Assembly (NCBI GenBank): GCA_949372805.1
Contig: CASIBH010000013.1
Coordinates: 14,342-78,341 of the forward strand
Origin: an uncultured Flavobacteriales bacterium
Lineage (GTDB): Bacteria > Bacteroidota > Bacteroidia > Flavobacteriales > BACL11
Direction: 5' to 3'
DNA: 64,000 nucleotides
Of the stretch, positions 28,248 through 38,216 are shown piece after piece. The notes beneath the pieces were generated by a model that worked only from the letters and a program-made list of their open reading frames with translations, made no database searches and had not been told where the DNA came from. A program made the position numbers and the translations under genes. Position 1 is the first letter of the stretch. Every line of letters begins with the position of its first letter.

Positions 28248-29487
28248 CACTTCAAAAGATTTTGCTTGTCAAATGGATTCCATTGATCCTCTAAAATCAT
28301 TTCAAGATAGGTTTTATATTCCTAAACAGAAAAATGGCGAAAGACATATTTATTTATGTGGAAACTCGCTTGGTTTACAAAGTAAGAATACATCTCAATA
28401 TATTGAACAGGAATTAAAAGATTGGAAGAATTTAGGAGTAGAGGGTCACTTTCATGCTAAAAACCCTTGGCTTCCTTATCATGAGTTTTTGTCTGATAGT
28501 TACTCAAGAATCGTTGGAGCTAGAGTTAGTGAAGTTGTTGCAATGAATACTCTCTCTGTAAATTTACATTTAATGTTAGTTTCATTTTATCGTCCTGATA
28601 ATAAACGTTTTAAAATAGTAATTGAAGACGATGCTTTTCCATCAGATATTTATGCTGTTGAGTCTCATATCAAACATCATAATCTCAATCCTGAAAATAT
28701 TCTTATTAGGTTAAAACCAAGAGAGGGAGAAAGTTCTATTAGAACAGAAGATATTGAAGAAATAATTAATAATCAAGGAGATCAAATAGCACTTCTAATG
28801 CTTGGAGGAGTTAACTATTATACTGGTCAGGTTTTTGATTTTAAAAATATAACTAGATTTTGTCACAAAAAAGGAATTAAAGTAGGATTTGATTTAGCTC
28901 ATGCTGTTGGAAATATCGAATTATCACTTCATGAATGGCAAGTTGATTTTGCTGTTTGGTGTTCTTATAAATATCTTAATTCTGGCCCTGGTTCAATAGG
29001 TGGAGTTTTTGTTCATTCTAAACATCATAATAGTGAATTGCATAGGTTTGCCGGATGGTGGGGGCATAATAAGGAGGATAGATTTAAAATGCCTGATAAG
29101 TTTAATCCTATAAAATCAGCTGAAGGTTGGCAGCTAAGCAATCCTCCTATTCTTTCACTTGCCGCTATTAGAGCTTCATTATCAATCTTTGATGAAGTTG
29201 GCATGGAAGCATTAATTAAAAAATCTACGAAAATGACTTCCTATCTAGTGTTTTTACTTAAAAATATTTCATCTAATCGAATTTCTATTATTACTCCAAA
29301 AGAAAGAGGATGTCAGATTTCTATACGAGTCTCTGGAGGAGATAAAGTCTTATTTGATAAGATAACTCAAAGAGGAGTCATTGCTGACTGGAGAGAGCCT
29401 GATGTGATTAGGGTGGCTCCAGTTCCTTTGTATAATAGTTATTTGGATGTATTTAATTTTTATAAAATTTTAGAAGAGATATTATAG
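28237..29487 (+). CDS. kynU: kynureninase
   Basis: YLCGNSLGLQ and the PLP-lysine region CSYKYLNSGPG. 11-nt overlap with the upstream gene. Confidence 0.9.
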   Translation: MTYNTSKDFACQMDSIDPLKSFQDRFYIPKQKNGERHIYLCGNSLGLQSKNTSQYIEQELKDWKNLGVEGHFHAKNPWLPYHEFLSDSYSRIVGARVSEVVAMNTLSVNLHLMLVSFYRPDNKRFKIVIEDDAFPSDIYAVESHIKHHNLNPENILIRLKPREGESSIRTEDIEEIINNQGDQIALLMLGGVNYYTGQVFDFKNITRFCHKKGIKVGFDLAHAVGNIELSLHEWQVDFAVWCSYKYLNSGPGSIGGVFVHSKHHNSELHRFAGWWGHNKEDRFKMPDKFNPIKSAEGWQLSNPPILSLAAIRASLSIFDEVGMEALIKKSTKMTSYLVFLLKNISSNRISIITPKERGCQISIRVSGGDKVLFDKITQRGVIADWREPDVIRVAPVPLYNSYLDVFNFYKILEEIL

Positions 29488-29488
29488 T

Positions 29489-30823
29489 ATGAAAAAAGAT
29501 GTAATTATAGTTGGTGCTGGATTAGCGGGTTCATTATGTGCATTATATATGCTTAAAAGAGGCTTTAAGGTTAGGCTATATGAAAGAAGGGCAGATATGA
29601 GAAATACTGTTTTAATTGCAGGAAGGTCAATTAATCTTGCGCTATCAGTAAGAGGGTGGACTGCACTTGAAAGAGTTGGAGTAGATGATAATGTTAAAGA
29701 AATATCTATAGCAATGCCAAAAAGAGTTATGCATGATCTAGAGGGTAATCTTACAGATCAGTTTTATGGAAATAAAGATCAGGCAATTTATTCTGTTCCT
29801 CGGGGCGAGTTAAATGTTCTTTTAATGAATTTAGCACAAGAGAGAGGAGCGGAACTTTTTTTTAATCAAAAATGTTATGATGTAGATATGGAAAATCCGC
29901 GACTTACATTTGAAAACACTATTGATGGTAAAATTTCTAATGTTAGTTGCGATTTAATTATTGGTGCTGATGGTGCTTTCTCTGCTATTAGAACTAAGAT
30001 GATGAAGCAGGATCGTTTTCAATACTCTCAATACTATATTGAGCATGGATATAAGGAGTTGTTGATACCTGCAAATTTAGATGGTTCTCATAAAATTGAA
30101 AAGAATGCTTTACATATTTGGCCTCGAGGTAACTTTATGTTGATTGCCCTACCAAATCTTGATGGTAGCTATACTTGCACACTCTTTTCTCCTTTTGAAG
30201 GAAAAGACTCTTTTAGTGAATTAAAAACAACTAATGAGATAACTAATTTTTTTAACTCTGTATTTAAAGACTTCACCCCTTTAATTCCCGATTTGGTAGA
30301 ACAGTTTTTAAATAATCCTACAGCTTCTTTAGGAATTTTTAAGTGTTTTCCATGGAATGTAAAAGATTTTTGTGTGCTTATTGGTGATTCTGCACATGCA
30401 ACGGTACCTTTTTATGGACAAGGGATGAACGCTAGCTTTGAAGACTGTAGAGTATTAGATGATTTAATTGAGGAGTATGAAGGGGATATGCTTATGAGTT
30501 TAAATAAATTCTCTCAGTTAAGAAAGCCTAACGGAGATGGTGTTCAGGATTTATCTCTTCATAATTTTATTGTTATGAGAGATAAAACAGCAGATCCAAT
30601 ATTTTTACTACAAAAAAAAATAGAACAAAAATTTGCTCAGTTACATCCTGAAAAATGGCTTCCATTGTATAGTATGGTCTCTTTTTCAAATATTTCATAT
30701 GCAGATGCTTGGGCTATTGGAATGGAACAAGAAAAGTTAATGTCTAAAATCATGAGCTTACCTAAAATAAAAGAGACATGGGATAGTGATTTTGTTATGC
30801 AAGAAATGCTTAAAATGTGCTAA
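29489..30823 (+). CDS. kmo: kynurenine 3-monooxygenase (FAD-dependent)
   Basis: FAD motif VIIVGAGLAGS and IGDSAHATVPFYGQGMNASFEDC. Confidence 0.9.
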   Translation: MKKDVIIVGAGLAGSLCALYMLKRGFKVRLYERRADMRNTVLIAGRSINLALSVRGWTALERVGVDDNVKEISIAMPKRVMHDLEGNLTDQFYGNKDQAIYSVPRGELNVLLMNLAQERGAELFFNQKCYDVDMENPRLTFENTIDGKISNVSCDLIIGADGAFSAIRTKMMKQDRFQYSQYYIEHGYKELLIPANLDGSHKIEKNALHIWPRGNFMLIALPNLDGSYTCTLFSPFEGKDSFSELKTTNEITNFFNSVFKDFTPLIPDLVEQFLNNPTASLGIFKCFPWNVKDFCVLIGDSAHATVPFYGQGMNASFEDCRVLDDLIEEYEGDMLMSLNKFSQLRKPNGDGVQDLSLHNFIVMRDKTADPIFLLQKKIEQKFAQLHPEKWLPLYSMVSFSNISYADAWAIGMEQEKLMSKIMSLPKIKETWDSDFVMQEMLKMC

Positions 30824-31249
30824 ATGATATTTAATGATATTAAAAAAAGTTCAATCTTATTTTTTTTAATGGCTTTGCCATTTTTTGCTTACTCTGGATG
30901 CGAAGATGGAGATTGTGAAAATGGTTATGGAACGTATATATGGAGAAATGGAGATTCTGATTTAAGTTCATGGATTGTTGGGGATAAGTATATAGGTTCA
31001 TTTAAAAATGGTAAGATGCATGGCCAAGGAAAGCATGTTAGCACAAATGGTAAAATATATATTGGTAGTTACTTATTTGGGCTCCGAAGTGGTTATGGAA
31101 TTCTAAAATATAAAGATGGTTCTTCTTATACTGGATTTTTTAAGTACAATTTAATGCATGGGAAAGGAATTATAATTGATGTTAAAGGAGTAACAAAAAA
31201 TGTATTATTTGATTATAATAAGATCATTAAAACTAACTTAGATGATTAA
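30824..31249 (+). CDS. MORN-repeat lipoprotein
   Basis: Lipobox-like FAYSGC followed by about four YxGxxxxGxxHGxG MORN repeats (YIGSFKNGKMHGQG, YIGSYLFGLRSGYG, YTGFFKYNLMHGKG). Its ATG directly abuts the KMO stop (TAAATG). Confidence 0.8.
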   Translation: MIFNDIKKSSILFFLMALPFFAYSGCEDGDCENGYGTYIWRNGDSDLSSWIVGDKYIGSFKNGKMHGQGKHVSTNGKIYIGSYLFGLRSGYGILKYKDGSSYTGFFKYNLMHGKGIIIDVKGVTKNVLFDYNKIIKTNLDD

Positions 31250-31917
31250 AAAAATATCCCTTTTATTTTTAATATTTTTTCTTTTCTGTTTCTCTTTCTG
31301 CACAAATTAACGAATTAAACACTGCTTCTTCTAAATTAGATTCTTTACTAAAGAAAAAATCTGGTGAAGAATTTTTTCATGCTACTAATTTTATGATATC
31401 AATTACTAAGAAGTCTTTTTTGAAAGCTTCTATTAATGGCGGTTTTTATAATAATTCACTTATTAAAATTATTTTTCCTAAAGAGTTAACTAAGACAAAA
31501 TTAACTCTAATCAAATTAGGGCTTGAAAATAAATTGTTAAGATTTGAGAAGCAAATGAATAAAGTAGCTGAACAATCATGTGAAGAATCGGCTAATATTT
31601 TTATACAGTCTATTAGTGCCATAAAATTTGATAAGATATCTATCACTAATATAGATCAAAACTCTTCACTCACTGACTATTTAATTAATAAGAAAAGTAA
31701 AGAGCTGTATATTAGTTTATATCCATTAATTGAAAAGAAAATCTTTGAGAGTAAATTACTTGAGGAGTATAATTTTCTTATCAACAAGTATAATAAAATT
31801 CCTTTCACAAAAAAGATTAATTTTGACATTAAGGATTACATAGTTTCAAAAACCTTGGAAGGAATTTACAGTCTTATTTCTGAAGAAGAAAATAAAATTA
31901 AAAAGTCACTATTTTAA
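31242..31917 (+). pseudogene. DUF4197-like exported protein, reading frame broken between signal peptide and mature domain
   Basis: ATG 31242 opens MIKKISLLFLIFFLFCFSFCTN*, with the stop at 31308. The DUF4197-like body (track ORF 31393..31917) is open back to 31273 in the next frame as YFFFSVSLSAQINELN.... Removing one T from the T6 run at 31275..31280 gives MIKKISLLFLIFFFSVSLSAQ..., a textbook signal peptide. Confidence 0.6.
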
Positions 31918-31935
31918 TCTCAATAAATAAATTAA

Positions 31936-32691
31936 ATGTCATCTAAATTATTTTTTCTCATATTATTTGTTGTTTTTATTTCATGCAAAACGGAAGAGAA
32001 GAAACATGTTATTTTATCTAAATCATTTGAAAATTACGTTAATTGGATTTATAATGACAAATTAATAATAATTGACGCATACTCATGTGAGAACTTAGAT
32101 AGTGTTTTATTGCTTGTAGACGGAATTGTGCTGACAGGAGGAGAAGATATAAACCCGTTAATGTATAATGATAGTTCAAATCTTATTCTTTGTGAGAAAA
32201 TGGATTTTAGAAGAGATACTATTGAAAAAAAATTATTTGATTATTCTTTAAATAATAATATTCCATTTATAGGAGTGTGTCGAGGTATGCAAATGATGAA
32301 TGTTGCACATGGTGGCACATTATACGGAGATATCCCTTCAGAAATTGGTGAAGACGTTACTCATAGGAATAATGGGGAGGTAATGCACGACATAGTATTA
32401 TCTAGTACTAATCAGGTATATACAAATATGATTTTCCCTCAAAATCCTCAAACTTCATTTATTGATACGGTCTTTAACGTAAATTCTTGGCATCATCAAG
32501 GTTTAAAGAAAATTGCTCCTGGAATAAAAGTAATAGCAAAATCTCATGACGGTTTGCCAGAAGCTGTTGTTATGGACATTAATATTCATTCGTTTATGAT
32601 TGCAGTACAATTTCATCCTGAGCGATTAGGTAAGGATAATTTAATACATAGACATATTCGTTCTAATTTTTTACACGCTATTTCTAATTAG
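31936..32691 (+). CDS. peptidase C26 / class-I glutamine amidotransferase-like gamma-glutamyl hydrolase, with lipoprotein signal
   Basis: Catalytic Cys in GVCRGMQMMNVAHGG and the His/Glu pair in QFHPE. The N-terminus LFVVFISC is a lipobox. Confidence 0.8.
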   Translation: MSSKLFFLILFVVFISCKTEEKKHVILSKSFENYVNWIYNDKLIIIDAYSCENLDSVLLLVDGIVLTGGEDINPLMYNDSSNLILCEKMDFRRDTIEKKLFDYSLNNNIPFIGVCRGMQMMNVAHGGTLYGDIPSEIGEDVTHRNNGEVMHDIVLSSTNQVYTNMIFPQNPQTSFIDTVFNVNSWHHQGLKKIAPGIKVIAKSHDGLPEAVVMDINIHSFMIAVQFHPERLGKDNLIHRHIRSNFLHAISN

Positions 32692-32709
32692 TTAAAGGAT
32701 TTACTTTTC

Positions 32710-32717
32710 TATCTTTG
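32710..32717 (+). promoter_or_regulatory. -7 box TATCTTTG upstream of gpmI
   Basis: Exact TAnnTTTG match, but only 6 nt before ATG 32724, which would imply a near-leaderless mRNA. A 7/8 match (TACTTTTC) lies at 32702..32709. Confidence 0.3.
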
Positions 32718-32723
32718 CTTGTA

Positions 32724-34241
32724 ATGCTGAAAAAAAAGACTCTTCTAATGATTTTAGATGGCTGGGGCCATGGTGATAAATCAATATCTGATGTTATATT
32801 CAATTCTAAAACTCCTTTTATAGACTCCTTGTATTCAAGGTTCCCAAATTGTGAGCTATTGACTGATAGTGAAAATGTTGGGTTGCCAAACAATCAAATG
32901 GGAAATTCAGAGGTTGGACACTTAAATATTGGTGCGGGTAGAATTGTTTACCAAGATCTAGCAAAAATCAATAATGCATGCAAAACTAATTTAATTAAAG
33001 ATCAAGAGGCTTTAGTAAAATCTTTATACTACAGTAAAAATAACAATGTCCCACTACATTTAATCGGACTTGTTTCCGATGGGGGTATTCATTCACATCA
33101 AGATCATCTTTATAAATTATGTGAAATAGCTCGAGAATATGGGGTGAAAGATGTTTTTGTTCATGCTTTTACAGATGGAAGAGACTGTGATCCTAAATCA
33201 GCTGTTAAGCTTATTAAAAGATTAGAAAAGAATTTATTTGGAGCTAAAGTTGCCACTGTTTGTGGAAGGTATTATGCTATGGATAGAGATAAAAGATGGG
33301 AAAGAATTAAGTATTCGTATGATGCGATGGTACATGCAATTGGTGTGAAATCTCAAGATTATATTAAGCTAATTTCTGAATCATATGAAAAGGGAATAAC
33401 TGATGAATTTATTAAACCTATTGTTGTAGTAGATGATTTAGGCAACTCTATAGCTCAGATTAATAATAATGACGCAGTAATATGTTTTAACTTTAGGACT
33501 GATAGATGTAGACAAATTACTCATGTTTTATGTCAGAATGATATGCATGATTTTAAAATGCAAAAACTAGATTTACATTTCACCACAATGACTAACTATG
33601 ATTCAGACTTTAAAAATGTAAATATAATTTTTGAAAAGAAAAATATAAAAAATACTTTGGGAGAGGTTCTGGCAAAAAATAATCTCACTCAAACAAGAAT
33701 AGCAGAGACAGAAAAATATCCTCATGTAACGTATTTTTTCTCAGGAGGAAGAGAAGACTGCTTTGAGGGTGAGAAAAGGCTTATGATAGATTCTCCAAAA
33801 GTTGCTACATATGATTTAAAGCCAGAAATGAGTGCTGATGAGTTGACACAGTGTGTTATTGAAGAAATAGAAGACAATACTCCCCATTTTATATGTCTAA
33901 ATTACGCTAATGTTGATATGGTAGGTCATACTGGGGTATATAGCTCAATTAGTAGGGCAATTGAACACATAGATTCTTGCGCTGAACAAGTTATTAATTC
34001 TGCATTAAAGAATGATTATGTAATTATGATAATTGCAGATCATGGCAACGCAGATTATGCTATTAATACAGATGGAAGTCCTAATACAGCACATACAAAA
34101 AATCCTGTACCGTGTTTCTTGCTTAACTCGAAATCTCATCAGATATCTGATGGAGTTTTAGCAGATATTGCACCAACAATACTTCATATTATGGGTATTG
34201 AAAAACCAAAAGAAATGTCAGGAAAAATTTTAATTAAATAG
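32724..34241 (+). CDS. gpmI: 2,3-bisphosphoglycerate-independent phosphoglycerate mutase
   Basis: LMILDGWG and the phosphoserine motif MGNSEVGHLNIGAGR, plus ADHGNA near the C-terminus. I use ATG 32724 rather than the TTG at 32715. Confidence 0.95.
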   Translation: MLKKKTLLMILDGWGHGDKSISDVIFNSKTPFIDSLYSRFPNCELLTDSENVGLPNNQMGNSEVGHLNIGAGRIVYQDLAKINNACKTNLIKDQEALVKSLYYSKNNNVPLHLIGLVSDGGIHSHQDHLYKLCEIAREYGVKDVFVHAFTDGRDCDPKSAVKLIKRLEKNLFGAKVATVCGRYYAMDRDKRWERIKYSYDAMVHAIGVKSQDYIKLISESYEKGITDEFIKPIVVVDDLGNSIAQINNNDAVICFNFRTDRCRQITHVLCQNDMHDFKMQKLDLHFTTMTNYDSDFKNVNIIFEKKNIKNTLGEVLAKNNLTQTRIAETEKYPHVTYFFSGGREDCFEGEKRLMIDSPKVATYDLKPEMSADELTQCVIEEIEDNTPHFICLNYANVDMVGHTGVYSSISRAIEHIDSCAEQVINSALKNDYVIMIIADHGNADYAINTDGSPNTAHTKNPVPCFLLNSKSHQISDGVLADIAPTILHIMGIEKPKEMSGKILIK

Positions 34242-34244
34242 AAA

Positions 34245-35639
34245 ATGAAATATATAAAAACATATATCCAAGAAAATAAAGATAGATTTATTGATGAGCT
34301 TATAGAATTATTGAAAATCCCTTCTATTAGTGCTGATCCTAAATACAAACAAGAAGTGTTAAATTGTGCAGATAGTGTTGCTGATTTTCTAACAAAGGCT
34401 GGTGCAGAAAATATAGAAATTTGTAAAACAAAAGGCTATCCAATTGTATATGCAGATAAGATTATAGATGAAAAACTGCCTACTGTGTTAGTATATGGTC
34501 ATTATGATGTTCAGCCTGCAGATCCTTTAGACTTATGGCATAGCGGTCCTTTTGAGCCAGTAATTAAAAAAACAGAAATACATCCTGAAGGAGCTATTTT
34601 TGCAAGAGGAGCTTGTGATGACAAAGGGCAGTTTTTTATGCATATAAAAGCTTTTGAGTTAATGATGAATAATAATTCAATGCCTTGTAACATAAAATTT
34701 ATGATTGAAGGAGAAGAAGAGGTTGGCTCTGAAAATTTAAGTGAATTTGTAATTGAAAATAAAGAAAAACTTAAATGTGATACTATCTTAATTTCTGATA
34801 CTGGTATACTCTCTAATGATACACCCTCAATTACAACAGGCTTAAAAGGTTTAAGTTATATAGAAGTAGAAGTGACAGGGCCAAATAGAGATTTACATTC
34901 TGGTTTATATGGCGGAGCTGTGGCTAATCCAATAAATATATTATGTGAAATGATCTCTAGTATGAAAGATGAAAAAAATCATATCTCTATTCCTGGTTTT
35001 TATGATAATGTTATTGAACTTTCAAGCAAGGAAAGGGAGGAGATTGCTCGAGCTCCATTTTCATTAAATCAGTATAAAGAAGCTTTAGATTTATCTGATA
35101 TTCACGGTGAGGACGGTTATTCTACTATGGAAAGAACAGGGATAAGGCCTACTTTAGATGTTAATGGAATCTGGGGTGGTTATACAGGAGAAGGAGCCAA
35201 AACGGTTATTCCATCAAAAGCATTTGCAAAAATTTCTATGCGTTTAGTTCCAAATCAATCTGATGCAGAGATAACAAAACTGTTTACAGAATATTTTAAA
35301 AACATTGCTCCAAAGAGTGTGCAGGTTAAGGTAACACCTCATCATGGTGGTGAGCCTTATGTCTCCCCTACAGATATTATCTCATATAAAGCAGCTAGCG
35401 ACGCCATGCACACAACTTTTGGAAAAATACCAGTTCCAGTAAAAGCGGGTGGAAGTATCCCAATTGTTGCTTTATTTGAAAAAGAATTGAATGTTAAATC
35501 TATTCTTTTAGGTTTTGGTCTTGATAGCGATGCAATTCATTCACCTAATGAGCATTATGGGATTTTTAACTATTTGAAAGGAATTGAAACTATTCCTCAT
35601 TTCTTTTTAAACTTTACAAGAATGTTTAATTCTAAATAA
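34245..35639 (+). CDS. M20 family dipeptidase
   Basis: [15 protein letters not shown] and EGEEEVGS metal-binding and catalytic motifs. Confidence 0.85.
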   Translation: MKYIKTYIQENKDRFIDELIELLKIPSISADPKYKQEVLNCADSVADFLTKAGAENIEICKTKGYPIVYADKIIDEKLPTVLVYGHYDVQPADPLDLWHSGPFEPVIKKTEIHPEGAIFARGACDDKGQFFMHIKAFELMMNNNSMPCNIKFMIEGEEEVGSENLSEFVIENKEKLKCDTILISDTGILSNDTPSITTGLKGLSYIEVEVTGPNRDLHSGLYGGAVANPINILCEMISSMKDEKNHISIPGFYDNVIELSSKEREEIARAPFSLNQYKEALDLSDIHGEDGYSTMERTGIRPTLDVNGIWGGYTGEGAKTVIPSKAFAKISMRLVPNQSDAEITKLFTEYFKNIAPKSVQVKVTPHHGGEPYVSPTDIISYKAASDAMHTTFGKIPVPVKAGGSIPIVALFEKELNVKSILLGFGLDSDAIHSPNEHYGIFNYLKGIETIPHFFLNFTRMFNSK

Positions 35640-35646
35640 TTCTAAA

Positions 35647-37746
35647 TTGAGAAACTTATTTCTGCTCATAATATGTTTGAGCTCAATTAGTTGTAATAGT
35701 CAAGATGATAAAAATTTACAGATGATTTCTAAACATAAATATACAAATGCATTAATAAATGAAACAAGTCCTTATCTATTACAACATGCTCACAATCCTG
35801 TTAATTGGTACCCTTGGAATGAACAGACATTACAATTAGCAAAAAAAACAAACAAGCTGTTATTAATAAGTATTGGGTATTCTGCATGTCACTGGTGTCA
35901 TGTGATGGAGCATGAGAGTTTTGAAGATGTAGCTATAGCTAAAGTTATGAATGATAATTTTATATGCATAAAAGTTGATCGAGAAGAACGGCCAGATATT
36001 GATCAAATTTATATGGCCGCGGTACAGCTTATGAATCAAAGAGGAGGTTGGCCGCTTAATTGTATTGCTTTGCCAGACGGTAGCCCTTTTTGGGGAGGAA
36101 CGTATTTTAGGAAAAATGATTGGCTCAAAAAAATTCAAGAAATTTCTAATATTTATCTAAATGAGCCATCAAGAGTTGTGGAGTTTTGTGAACGATTAAA
36201 TAAAGGAATTAACGAAGTTGAGAATATAATTCTAAATGAGAATAAAATTGAATTTTATTCTTCTGATTTAAAAAAGATGGTTGATAAATGGTATTTCCAA
36301 CTTGATAATAATGAAGGGGGTAGTAAGGGATCTCCAAAATTCCCTATGCCAAACGCATATTCTTTTCTGTTGAAATATGGTCATTTATCTAAAAGTCAGG
36401 AGATTTTAGATCATGTCAAAATAACATTAGACAAAATGGCTTATGGAGGCATATATGATCAAATTAGAGGTGGATTTTCTCGATATTCAGTTGATAATTT
36501 CTGGAAAGTTCCTCATTTTGAAAAGATGTTATATGATAATGCTCAATTGGTTAGCTTATATTCAAATGCATTTCTCAAGTTTAAAGACACTTTATATAAA
36601 GATATTGTTTTTGAGACATTAGATTTTATTGAGAAAGAACTAATGTCAGATGAAGGAGCTTTTTACTCTGCTCTTGATGCTGATAGTGAAGGCGTTGAGG
36701 GAAAATTTTATGTATGGACTAAATCTGAAATACAGGCTATTATTAAAGATGATATAGATATTATAAGTGATTACTATAATATTAATAAAATTGGGTTTTG
36801 GGAGCATGCTAATTATATTTTACTTAGAAAAAAATCTAAAGAGGAAATTGCTAAAAAATATGATATCACTATAAAGCAACTAGATGATAAAATTATTTTA
36901 TGGAAAGAAAAATTAAATATTTCGCGTAATAAGAGAATAAGACCTGGTCTGGATGATAAGTCTTTAACTTCATGGAATGGATTAATGCTGTCTGCATATG
37001 TTGATGCATATATGTCATTTGGAGAGGACCATCATCTAGATCTCGCTATTCAAAATGCTAATTTTTTAATTAATAAGCAGTTGTCTGAAAGTGGTAAGCT
37101 ATGGCATTCTTACAAACAGAATAAGTCAACAATTAATGGCTTTTTGGAAGATTATGCTTTAGTTGCTCAGGCATTTATTAAGCTTTATGAAGCTACTTTA
37201 GATGAAAAGTGGCTAAACTATACTAACAAAATTATACAATATTCATTAAATAATTTTTATGACAAAAACACCAAGATGTTCTATTTCACCTCCTCTATTG
37301 ACCCTAAGTTAGTTGCAAGAAAGATGGAAGTTAATGATAATGTTATTCCATCATCTAATTCTGTAATGGCTAATGCATTATATGATTTAGGGTGTTTGTT
37401 GTATAATAATGAATATAAGCAAATGGCATTAACTATAGCTAATAATATTAAGCCTGAAATGGAGAAATATATTTCTTCTTATGCAAATTATTCTAGCTTA
37501 ATGCTTAAAGAAATATATCCTTTTTATGAAGTTGCTGTTGTTGGACAAGAAGCAAAAAAGAAAATTCTAGAAATTAATAAGAGGTATTCTCCAAATAAAT
37601 TATTTGTTGGATCTATATATGAAAGCTCTTTAAAATTGCTAAAAGGAAAATTTATTGAAGGGGAGACAATGATTTATATTTGTGAAAATAGATCATGTCA
37701 ATTGCCTACATCTATTGTGGCTGAAGCTAAAAAATTACTGAAATGA
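35647..37746 (+). CDS. thioredoxin-domain (DUF255/YyaL-like) protein with six-hairpin C-terminal region, lipoprotein signal
   Basis: [15 protein letters not shown] motif. About 700 aa. N-terminus [10 protein letters not shown] is a lipobox. TTG start. Confidence 0.8.
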   Translation: MRNLFLLIICLSSISCNSQDDKNLQMISKHKYTNALINETSPYLLQHAHNPVNWYPWNEQTLQLAKKTNKLLLISIGYSACHWCHVMEHESFEDVAIAKVMNDNFICIKVDREERPDIDQIYMAAVQLMNQRGGWPLNCIALPDGSPFWGGTYFRKNDWLKKIQEISNIYLNEPSRVVEFCERLNKGINEVENIILNENKIEFYSSDLKKMVDKWYFQLDNNEGGSKGSPKFPMPNAYSFLLKYGHLSKSQEILDHVKITLDKMAYGGIYDQIRGGFSRYSVDNFWKVPHFEKMLYDNAQLVSLYSNAFLKFKDTLYKDIVFETLDFIEKELMSDEGAFYSALDADSEGVEGKFYVWTKSEIQAIIKDDIDIISDYYNINKIGFWEHANYILLRKKSKEEIAKKYDITIKQLDDKIILWKEKLNISRNKRIRPGLDDKSLTSWNGLMLSAYVDAYMSFGEDHHLDLAIQNANFLINKQLSESGKLWHSYKQNKSTINGFLEDYALVAQAFIKLYEATLDEKWLNYTNKIIQYSLNNFYDKNTKMFYFTSSIDPKLVARKMEVNDNVIPSSNSVMANALYDLGCLLYNNEYKQMALTIANNIKPEMEKYISSYANYSSLMLKEIYPFYEVAVVGQEAKKKILEINKRYSPNKLFVGSIYESSLKLLKGKFIEGETMIYICENRSCQLPTSIVAEAKKLLK

Positions 37747-38216
37747 TCAAACTTTTTTTTAAAGAGAATCAAAAGTTTGATCAAAAATGGTTGTGGGCTA
37801 TTCTTTCTCTTTCAGCAATTATTCCTGTATCAATTCTTATTAATAATGAGAGCTTTAAGTTAGATGCAACTAATTTTATAGTTATATCTATGATGTTATT
37901 ACCAATGATATTAATTTATTTTACTGAGTTAAGAGTTGAGATTTCGGATGAAGGCCTTAAGTACCAGTTTTATCCATTTCACCTTAGAGTTTATGAGATA
38001 AAATCAGAAGAAATTGAGAAGTATAATGAACTAATTTATTCACCTTTGAAAGATTATGGAGGATGGGGGATTAGATATGGTTTTTCTGGAACTGCTTATA
38101 ATGTTAGTGGAAACAAAGGAGTTGAGATATTTCTAAAAAATGGAACGAAAATTCTTTTTGGAACCAAAAAACCTAATGAATTCTTTGAGGCGTTAAACCA
38201 AGCTACTCAACAATAA
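37743..38216 (+). CDS. hypothetical membrane protein (two N-terminal helices plus small soluble domain)
   Basis: ATGA overlap with the upstream gene suggests real translation coupling. I recognise no family confidently; it is possibly bacterial PH-like. Confidence 0.4.
   Translation: MIKLFFKENQKFDQKWLWAILSLSAIIPVSILINNESFKLDATNFIVISMMLLPMILIYFTELRVEISDEGLKYQFYPFHLRVYEIKSEEIEKYNELIYSPLKDYGGWGIRYGFSGTAYNVSGNKGVEIFLKNGTKILFGTKKPNEFFEALNQATQQ

Noticed and set aside
31936-35639. Idea that the C26 gamma-glutamyl hydrolase and the M20 dipeptidase form a glutathione or gamma-glutamyl-peptide salvage pair (analogous to the yeast Dug pathway).
   Set aside because: The two genes are separated by the glycolytic gpmI. 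They are predicted to be in different compartments (lipoprotein versus cytoplasmic). In a genome with about 98% coding density, adjacency alone is weak evidence.
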